Shown here in pieces: positions 11,367-20,000 of a stretch of 20,000 nt of DNA (position 1 is its first letter; the number at the start of each line of letters is the position of its first letter). This stretch comes from Kondoa subrosea (lineage: Eukaryota). Position numbers and translations under genes: made by a program. The stretch covers positions 1,644,389-1,664,388 of the forward strand of contig BCIN01000001.1 of assembly GCA_039545335.1 (NCBI GenBank), read 5' to 3'. The notes beneath the pieces are model-generated. The model worked only from the letters and a program-made list of their open reading frames with translations, was not told the DNA's origin and made no database searches.

Positions 11367-12630
11367 ATGGTCGAATGGGTGTTGCCAGGCCTATGTAAGG
11401 TGTTTGCATGTATGCTGGATATACAAAAACGCTTACCATTCTTCCCATTCCTCAAGCTGCCGATGATCAGGACTTGCAACATCACCCACAAGAATATCTC
11501 GATAACCTTGCTATCAATGTGGCTCTGATGCGCATGCGAGAGCACTTTGAAGCGGTCCAAGCTCTTCAAGCCTTGGATCTGAGCGATTTGGAGCGACAAA
11601 GCAACGATAGGCTTCCCCTCAAAGTCAAATTTGCAATCATTGAGCAGGTCTCGAAAAGGGAAATCCAAAGCATCGCTCGTCTTTCCGCAACTTCCCGTTC
11701 GTGGGCTTTGGCGATCAAAAACGATGTCGCTGGATGGGAAAGAAGAGCAAGACGGCTACATGGATCCAAAAGAGGCGAATTGGTACCGGTCATAATGCCC
11801 AGTACGGACGATGGAATCACGCCCAGCTCCAAAATAGATTGGTTCAAGACGTTTCTTGCATTGTATAAGGAGCATTGTCTTGGATGCAAAGTATACTTAG
11901 GAAATCTAGTCGTTCAACCAGTCTGGATGCCAAATGAACCAACAAATAGCAAACTATGCAAGCGTTGCGCTGGGAAGCCGGAATTCACCATCATCTGTTT
12001 GTCTCGATTCCCTCAGCACAATTTACACGTCGAAGAAGTGGAACATCTCAGCTTTGCTCCCTATTGGGCCTTTGCTTCAGACAGATACTGTTTCCTGTCT
12101 GACATTCTTGGTCTTAAGATGGAAAAATTAGAGCCTCGAAACATGGAGATTCTTAAGCTGATCAGTCATCTCTCACTCGAAAGAAAAGCCGAAGCTGCAA
12201 GACTCTTCCATATGCTAGAAGAGAGAAAGCAAGGTTTCGCTGGTCAGTTATTGAAAACCTATCAACCATATATTCTTCCGTTTCTCCACCTACTACGCAA
12301 GTCTTGGAACGATTTATCGGTCTCTACTATAGCTCGTCTTCTATCTTCTCAGCTATCAAAGGATCAGTGAGCAGAAAGTCTTTTCGAGATAATGGATGGT
12401 TAGCAAGAGATGGAGAGAATCAGAAGAGCCGTAGAAGGCCCCGTCGTAGTAGGACGAGAGGAAGCGGTGCTCAGGACGTCGGTACTTCTGCAAATCAGCC
12501 TGATCCGCAAGCAAGACAAGCTCCGAGACAAAGTGCAGTTCAGGCTGAATCTTGGGATTGTGTTTGCTCAAAAGGAGAAGAAGGAAAGCTATGCTCTAGA
12601 TGCAAAAGGTTCCGAAGCAGCGGGAGCTAG
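11367..12630 (+). CDS. F-box-like protein with a downstream CxxC...CxxC putative zinc-binding motif (core ORF 11408-12370; both ends uncertain)
   Basis: The 320-aa ORF contains DRLPLKVKFAIIEQVSKREIQSIARLSATSRSW (F-box-like), then IDW..., HCLGC...KLCKRC. Probable 5' exon from ATG 11367 via intron 11410-11456 (gtatgc...cttac...caag). Possible 3' extension to 12630 via a GC-AG intron at 12297-12352. Confidence 0.6.
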
Positions 12631-12826
12631 AGTTGAAGAAAGGGGAGAGAAAGCGCTTCGAGCAGCAATCATGATAGTCATTTGTAGAACAGAGCATGCC
12701 CTTGTTCTGACCAAAACATTGCTCAACAAGAGTCTTTAATGCGTTATGTGCCACTGCGCCGCACTAGACGCAACGCTCGAGTTTTACCCAACTTTCCCTA
12801 CTCTTGACCACGACCGCATTTATTGT

Positions 12827-13855
12827 ATGCGCTTGTCTGTCCTTCGAGCCTCTAGACGCAGCCTGAAGATTCCTCTACCTCGTACAATGACCTCAGACGC
12901 TCGAAAAGCAGAACTCAGGGCGAACATCGAATCTATTCGTGATGACATAAAAAAGGCAGCAAATGGCAAGACAGAGGTGCGAGGGATTGCAGAGGCCTAG
13001 CATAACGTTGCTTAAGACTACAATTGGTTCGCACAGCCCAGATTGGTCCTTGTATCGAAGCTGAAACCACCTTCCGATATTCTTGCTGCTCACGAAGCTA
13101 CTGGACACGCTCACTTTGGCGAGAACTATATTCAGGAGCTTGTAGATAAGGCCGACCAGGTAGGTGCGCTTAGCTTGAGGGGCATCCTAGACTGAGCAAG
13201 ATTGAATCAGTTACCGCAATCGATACAATGGCATTTCATAGGCGCGCTTCAGAGCAATAAGTGCAAGACTCTAGCAGGTGAGTCACGTCTACTATGATGT
13301 AGCTCTGACTGAATTAGGGCTCTTGCAGCTATCCCAAATCTATCAACACTTGAGACGTTGGATACGATCAAGAAGGCAGATTTGCTAGAAAAAGCCTTAT
13401 CTTCGGGTGACAGAAAGCTCAATGTCTTCTTACAAGTCAACACCTCATCAGAAGAAAGCAAAGCCGGTCTTTCACCAATCAAAGTCGAAGCTTCTTCCTC
13501 ATCAGTCGACTCAGAAAGCGAACTCGTTGAACTCGCTAAACACGTTGTCGAATCCTGTCCTCATCTTATATTGAAAGGAGTAATGACTATTGGTTCTTAT
13601 GAAGCTTCTACCAACCCAGATGAAGCGAATCCGGATTTCGAGAACTTGATCGAGACGAGAAATCATTTAGCCAAAATCTTGGGAAAGAAGCAAGAGGAAT
13701 TGGAATTGTCTATGGGTATGAGCGCGGATTATGAAGCTGCTATCAAGGCAGGAAGCACCAATGTTAGGGTTGGAAGTAAAGCTTTCGGTCAGAGACCAAG
13801 CAAGGAAGAAGCAAAGGAGCAAAGGGAGAAGGAGAAGCAGGAGTCATCGACGTAG
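12827..13855 (+). CDS. PLPBP: Pyridoxal-phosphate homeostasis protein, YggS/PROSC/YBL036C family
   Basis: Exons 12827-12976, 13037-13159, 13211-13277, 13329-13855. Motifs LVLVSKLKP (PLP lysine), [49 protein letters not shown] and NVRVGS. A second in-frame ATG lies at 12887. Confidence 0.94.
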
Positions 13856-14704
13856 AAGTGATCGATCTAGCTCAGTAAGTTCTACATTGATCTCAGATTT
13901 GGCTTCGCTGATCCAAATTAGTAGACGCGACTTGCAAGTTCTTAGCGCGTCATATGGACCGCTTAAGCCGAAAAGTGGTGCGTACAGCAGCTGAAGTGCG
14001 AAGACAGCCCTTCTGCAGTTTCATAAAGCATTTAGAAGGGATCTTCTTCAGATCTGCTTCATTAAAGATGTCAGGTCGAAACACAGTAGCTTGCAAAGAA
14101 GGAACTGTAAAATACAATGCTATGCTGTACAAGTTTGATAGGACGAGACTGAATGCCACGCCCTTGCTGCTTGGAAACGCACATGGCCTTCTCTTGCGCG
14201 AGCCGGAAACTACGTATGAGTGCACAGACGGTGTTCTTTGCTCCTCAACCACAACCCTTGAAGTTCAATCTGTCTCTTTGTGCCTCTTTTCTGTCTTCTT
14301 TAGTCAGTGTCGTAGTGGATCTGTGAACGTCGTCGCGCTGTTGCAGTGAAATCTACCAAACTTCAAGAATCCGTGCTTTCAGGTCTTCTGCAGGCAAGAG
14401 CAGGCGGACAGTCAGCTGATCAAGTAGGTGTCCAGCATCTCTATTGTACTCTACATAGGCAACTGTAGCGGGAGCTTCACTGGCTCGCGCACCTCACTTA
14501 GCGCATCTTTGGAACTCCCATGTTTCAGTCTTAGTACCGCTTTGTCAGGCGTCTGTGCTTCTGCCAACTGCCTCAGAAGTTCAGGTCAGAGTTCCTGATC
14601 TGTGTTTGCTTCTTACACAGGTATTCTAGCGGTCCTGGTCTATTGCATCCAAGATACTGCTGTCGGAATCGCTTCAGTCTTCTCATTTTCCTTTCTAATA
14701 GCTT

Positions 14705-14764
14705 GTGAGTTCGTAGCTTTCTGTTCGTATATTCGTATGCTAATGTTGCTTGAGTTCATAGCAG
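14705..14764 (+). other. Probable 5'-UTR intron of the cold-shock-domain gene with a NAGNAG acceptor
   Basis: GTGAGT donor at 14705, GCTAAT branch site, TAG/CAG tandem acceptor ending 14761 or 14764, about 30 nt before ATG 14792. Confidence 0.65.
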
Positions 14765-14791
14765 TATCAAATCTGTGATCTATACTCAAAC

Positions 14792-16173
14792 ATGGCAAAC
14801 CCTTATCCTGGATCCGGTTCTAATTCTCCTGCTCAATTCAACCCCACCAGTAACAATGAAGGGCCTCCTTCGCATGGCCACAGTCCATCCATGAGCATGA
14901 ACAGCAATAACATGAACGCTATGAACAATATGAATATGAATATGAATAGTATGAATAACGGTGACTATTCTATTCTCCACCAGCAAGCTTACCATGCTGA
15001 TAAGCGGGTTTATTTCGCAGATCAACAACCTCCTATGTCTTCTTCGGGTGGTCAAATACGTCGAGGCGTTTGCAAGTTCTTCAATTCGCAGAAAGGGTTT
15101 GGTTTCGTTCTAGACAACAAGGCTGAAGAGTTAGGCGGGCAAGAAGGTGCGCTATCTGATGTGACGCTATCGTCATTAGCCTACCACTCAGCCGATACAC
15201 AGTCTTTGTGCATTTCACTTCTATTCAAAGCAAAAATGGGTTCCGAAGTTTGGCAGAAGTAAGTCTTTCTCGCGTCGAAGAGGATATTCTTACTTAGTGC
15301 ATGCTTAGGGCGAGGAAGTAGAGTATGAAGTCACGACCGGACCTAAAGGCTTTCAAGCGGCGAATTTGACCGGTCCTGGAGGTCGAGCAGTAATGGGCGA
15401 TCCGAAAGTAAATTCATCCTTAGTAGACGATGACTGTGACTGATTTGAATGACTGCAGGGCTATATGAATGATAGACAGGGCCCGCATGGAGGCAAAGGA
15501 CCATTCATGCAATTCGCTCAAATGATGCGTACGTTTAAGATGCATGGTTTGCTTTGCAGAAGCTGACCTGCGAGCCTTACGAACAGCTGGTCCTTACGGC
15601 ATGGATCCCTATATTCAACAACATCCTGGAGCAATGTATGGCAATTCACCTTACACTTCTCATGTGCTCTATGTTCCAACCGGTATGCATCCTCAACAAG
15701 CTCAGCAATACGGCATGATGACTTCACCACAAATGGGACAATTCTCGCCGCCAATGGGAGCAGGCAATGGCTATCAGAATGCTGGAGGCCGACCAGGTCA
15801 AGGAGGTCAAGGAATGATGTCGCCTCAAACTGGCTTTGGAGTACCGCCGAATGGTTCATTTGGGCCTGTCGGGGGTATGGCTAGTACGAATGCTTTTGGA
15901 CAACCTCAACAACAACAAAACGCTTTCGGTAATGCTATGGGAAGTCCTTTGCAAAATAACGGTCAACGTGGATTTGGTGCATTCTCAGCTGCAGGAGCAG
16001 GAACTGGCTTAGGCTTAGGACAACAAGAGGATGGAGGAGCTCAGCAAACGAATTTCGGTTTCAATGGTTCAGCACCTCAATCTTCTTCTGCCATTCCGCA
16101 AGACGGAAACCCCTCAAGCAATAACAACAACGCATTCTTTGGTAGCAACTTACTTTATTCATCAGGCAATTAG
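14792..16173 (+). CDS. Cold-shock-domain (Lin28/Y-box-type CSD) nucleic-acid-binding protein with N/M-rich and Q/G/N-rich low-complexity tails
   Basis: Exons approximately 14792-14960, 15021-15146, 15203-15258, 15309-15407, 15459-15528, 15587-16173. The spliced CSD reads RGVCKFFNSQKGFGFV...[45 protein letters not shown] (RNP1 KGFGF, RNP2 VFVHF). Confidence 0.9.
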
Positions 16174-16399
16174 AAAACGGTTCTAACAGGGACGAAGGGC
16201 GGAAGATATATACCTCGGTCGTTTTTTGGGTGTCGGACTCAGCATTTTGTTTTAGAGGAAGAAGGGAGATTTGGGAGATACGGATATTTTTTCTTTGCTT
16301 AGTATTTGTGTTGCCTTATTCCATTTGCACCTATAGAGCCTTTCTTAGTCATTGTTATTGTGATGCAGGTGTGGCTGATTATTCATTCCGCGATTTCGA

Positions 16400-16411
16400 A
16401 AGACGCGTCTT
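16400..16411. promoter_or_regulatory. MCB-like (MluI cell-cycle box, ACGCGT) element in the RNR1 promoter
   Basis: Perfect palindrome AAGACGCGTCTT with the ACGCGT core at 16403-16408, about 110 nt upstream of the RNR1 ATG and followed by a pyrimidine tract. RNR large-subunit genes are classic MBF/MCB targets in yeasts. Confidence 0.6.
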
Positions 16412-16515
16412 CTCATCAACCAACCTTTTTTTCTTCCTCTCTTTCTCTTTTCTAGCTGACTGTTCCACTACACTACCTACACATTCACGCCTAGCCTACT
16501 TTACACCTGTTCGAG

Positions 16516-19500
16516 ATGTCGTTTGTTTTCAAGAGAGATGGCAGAAAAGAGCTGGGTCAGTCGCAATGCATTTACTACGCGTCCTTGGATCGTACTCATC
16601 TGGTGCCGCTATCCACAGTCGCTTTTGACAAGATTACAGCCCGAATTCGCGCGTTATCGCTTTTTATGCTAATGCATGAATATTCTTGCTGATTCTCGCA
16701 ACAGGCAAGCTCTGTTATGGTCTAGACCCTGAACATGTAGACCCTATAGAGGTCACCAAGAAAGTCATCAATGGTGTCTATGGTAAATCAGAGTCTCGGT
16801 ATATTAGCAAAGGAAAAGCTGATCGAACAATTCTATAGCTGGCGTAACTACTATTGAGTATGTCTCACATATTGTGTTACCTTTCGGCCTGCTGATTGAG
16901 CGCGTAGACTTGATAATTTGGCAGCAGAGGTTAGTGACTCGGCTTTGACTAGCTCATATGCCTCAATGATGCGTCCGAGTATAGACTGCAGCTTACATGA
17001 CTACTACTCATCCTGATTACGCTATTCTTGCCGCTCGTATCGCGATCAGCAATCTGCACAAGGAAACGAAGAAGACTTTCTCTACCGTCATTCATGATCT
17101 TTATACCTATGTGTTAGTTCAGCCTTCCACACTGATATTGGCACAGTATTGATGAATTCAGATTAGCAACCCAAAGAACGGCAAAGCTTCATCTATGATT
17201 GCTAAAGAGACTTATGAAATCATTCGGGATAATGCTGAGAGGCTAAACTCTTCAGTCATTTATGACCGCGATTTCACATACGTAAGGATGGAGAGAGTCA
17301 CTTCAGTCATGGCTGATAATTGTATGCCCTCTCGGCTTACAGAGCTACTTCGGTTTCAAGACACTGGAACGATCTTACCTTCTTCGAATTGACGGCAAAG
17401 TCGCTGAAAGGCCGCAACATATGCTTATGCGTGTGGCTATCGGTATTCACGGAAAGGATATCGATGCCGCTATTGAGAGTTATAACCTGGTTCGTGCCTT
17501 CTGTAACATCAATCGGAGAAGTCAACTTATGCTTTACATAGATGAGCGAACGTTTCTTCACTCACGCTTCACCTACACTCTTCAATGCCGGTACTCCTCA
17601 TCCTCAACTTTCTTCTTGTTTCCTTGTCAACATGAAGGACGATTCTATCGAAGGCATTTACGACACGCTGAAAACTTGCGCTCAAATTTCCAAAACTGCG
17701 GGTGGTATCGGTCTTTCTGTTCACAACATTCGTGCGACCGGCTCATACATTGCAGGCACTAACGGGTATGTACTACCTCAAGTCAACAGAACTTCACTGA
17801 AATGTTGTACAATAGTTACTCGAATGGTATCGTTCCTATGCTTCGAGTTTACAACAACACCGCTCGCTACGTGGATCAAGGTGGAAACAAACGACCAGGA
17901 GCTTTCGCTATCTATCTGGAACCTTGGCATGCGGTAAGTAATTCTCACAGATATCATGTTTCGCTGATTTAGTTTGCATACATAGGATATCTTTGACTTC
18001 ATTGATTTGAGAAAGAATCACGGCAAAGAGGAGGTCCGGGCCAGAGACTTATTCTATGCTCTCTGGATCCCGGACCTCTTCATGAAGAGGATCGAACAGA
18101 ACGGAGACTGGTCACTGTTCTGTCCCGCTGAAGCGCCTGGAATGGCTGACGTGCATGGTCAAGAATTCGAGGACTTGTATGAGAAGTATGAGAAGGAAGG
18201 AAGAGCTAAGAAGACCATCAAAGCTCAGAAACTTTGGTATGCTATTCTTGAAGCTCAAGTGAGTCTGATTTCGTTGGTCCATCGATTGTTCGCTCATGAT
18301 GACCTAGATCGAGACTGGAGGACCCTTCATGCTTTACAAAGATGCTGCCAATGGTGATTTTGTTCAATCTCGATCTGATTTTAAACATTTGCTGAGTTTA
18401 CTTTCCCAGCCAAATCAAACCAAAAGAATCTGGGCACAATCAAGTCATCCAACTTGTGCACTGAAATCATTGAATACTCTGCACCTGATGAAGTCGCGGT
18501 CTGCAATTTGGCTTCTATCGCTCTGCCTAGCTTCGTCAGCAATGGCCAATACGACTTCCACAAATTGCACGAAGTGACCAAGACAGTCACCCGTAACCTC
18601 AACCGCATCATTGATGTCAACTACTACCCGGTCAAGGAAGCTGAAAACTCAAACATGCGTCACAGACCTATCGGTATCGGTGTACAAGGTTTAGCCGATG
18701 CCTTCATGGCTTTGCGCATGCCTTTCGATTCTCCTCCTGCTCGACAGCTCAACAAACAGATCTTTGAAACGATCTACCATGCAGCAATAACTACTTCAAA
18801 CGAGTTAGCTGTTGCTGAGGGTCCTTATTCTACTTTCCAAGGTTCTCCTGCAAGTCAAGGTCAACTTCAATTCGATCTCTGGGGCGTTACTCCTTCAGAT
18901 CTTTGGGAATGGGATTCATTGAAGGAGAAAGTTGTCAAGACTGGTTTGAGAAACAGTTTATTGGTCGCTCCTATGCCTACTGCCAGTACCAGTCAAATCT
19001 TGGGCAACAACGAATGCTTTGAGCCTTATACTTCGTGAGTAACCCTTCTTACTTATAAAACTGTATTGTACCAACTTGTGTTGCAGAAACATTTACGCTC
19101 GTCGCGTGCTTGCGGGAGAGTTCCAGATTGTCAATCCCTGGTTGTTGCGAGATCTCGTGTCGAAGGGTCTATGGAATGAAGACTTGAAGCAGCTCATCAT
19201 CGCCCATCATGGGTCCATTCAAAATAGTTAGTACTCATCTTTTCGCATCTTTGCATATCCTGATGCTCTGTACCAAAGTCCCTGCCATCCCTAATGATCT
19301 CAAAGCCATTTACAAAACTGTCTGGGAGATTAGTCAGAAGAGCATTATTGACATGTCAGCCGACCGTGGAGCTTTCATTTGCCAGAGTCAAAGTTTGAAC
19401 ATTCACTTGGCCAACCCTACCTTGCAGCAATTGACTTCGTGCCACTTCTTCTCGTGGAAGAAGGGCTTGAAGACTGGAATGGTACGTCATGATACACGAT

Positions 19501-20000
19501 TCGCTAAGGTCGATGCTGATGCTTAACTTCTCTTACTTTAGTATTATCTCCGTACCAAGGTAAGCTTTTGCTTCTAAACTGTTTGGTCGAGCCTCATGAT
19601 GATACGAACAGCCGGCTGTTGGTGCTATTCAATTCACCGTTTCTGCGGAAACCCTCAAAGAAGCAAAAGACGCCAACACAGCTGCGAGCACCGCCGCGGC
19701 TGCAGTACCTGTTGCTATCAAACAAGTTCCAGTACCTATTAAGCAGAACGGTATCGCAACTACGAATGGTGTGAACGGAGTACATGGGGTCACGAATGGA
19801 ATTCAGCAAATGGCAGTAAGCGGAGGTAAGTTCTGTTCCAACTCATAGTCATGAAGACGCGGCTGACAATGCGTATTAGTCGGTGCAGGCGCTGATGTCA
19901 CACCTCCTGCGCTCAGAGCTCGCGATGGACTTGCACCTATTCAACCAGTTCGCAAAGATCCTTCTCTACCTCCGGCTGCTGTCTCGCCCGCCGCCAACGA
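16516..20000 (+). CDS. RNR1: Ribonucleoside-diphosphate reductase large subunit (class Ia, R1); 3' end beyond the window
   Basis: ATG at 16516: [30 protein letters not shown] (ATP cone), [67 protein letters not shown] (thiyl Cys), [37 protein letters not shown]. More than 15 short introns; no stop before 20000. Confidence 0.97.

Noticed and set aside
10935..11668. Short ORFs 10935-11138 (+) and 11270-11668 (-)
   Set aside because: No homology cues. The EREREREQ run is just the antisense of the CT microsatellite.
13950..14349. Overlapping antiparallel ORFs of 131 aa (+) and 100 aa (-) between YggS and the CSD gene
   Set aside because: No recognisable motifs or intron structure. The region is better explained as terminator and promoter sequence, though a small orphan gene cannot be fully excluded.
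14353..14545. Minus-strand frame reading ...QRCAK-TGA-GARASE...LEVW*, resembling a CxxU selenoprotein motif
   Set aside because: Another TGA lies 15 codons upstream, there is no start codon or recognisable SECIS, no selenoprotein similarity, and Dikarya are not known to use selenocysteine. Most likely chance.
16516..20000. Intein or self-splicing intron in RNR1
   Set aside because: All interruptions are short spliceosomal introns, and the spliced protein is collinear with normal R1.
1..20000. Stop-codon readthrough to a cryptic peroxisomal PTS1 (TGA-CTA context)
   Set aside because: None of the reconstructed stop codons has the readthrough context, and the downstream frames I checked did not end in an SKL-like tripeptide.

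Overview
Eukaryotic, gene-dense, intron-rich fungal DNA, most likely a basidiomycete (about 45-70 nt introns, GTRNGT-type donors, CTRAY-like branch sites). I reconstructed nine spliced genes by hand: (1) a minus-strand single-pass membrane protein with a signal peptide and a C-terminal PPxY; (2) a Skg3/Caf120-like PH-domain protein; (3) a family-16 (Rkm5/METTL21-like) SAM methyltransferase; (4) RIB3, DHBP synthase; (5) a minus-strand class I PLP aminotransferase (2-aminoadipate/kynurenine/aromatic type); (6) an F-box protein with a CxxC...CxxC motif; (7) a YggS/PLPBP PLP-homeostasis protein; (8) a cold-shock-domain RNA-binding protein with prion-like tails; (9) RNR1, the ribonucleotide reductase large subunit, which runs off the right edge. 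I found no mobile elements, structural RNA genes or CRISPR arrays. The most interesting points are an operon-like tandem of genes 2-3-4 with 77 and 70 nt spacers and a possible in-frame methyltransferase-RIB3 splice fusion, RIB3 and aminotransferase stop codons only 24 nt apart, a weak-ATG/strong-ATG design giving YggS an optional mitochondrial presequence, GC-AG introns, and microexons including an 18-nt RNR1 exon carrying both radical-relay tyrosines. All exon structures come from manual reading and need transcript confirmation.
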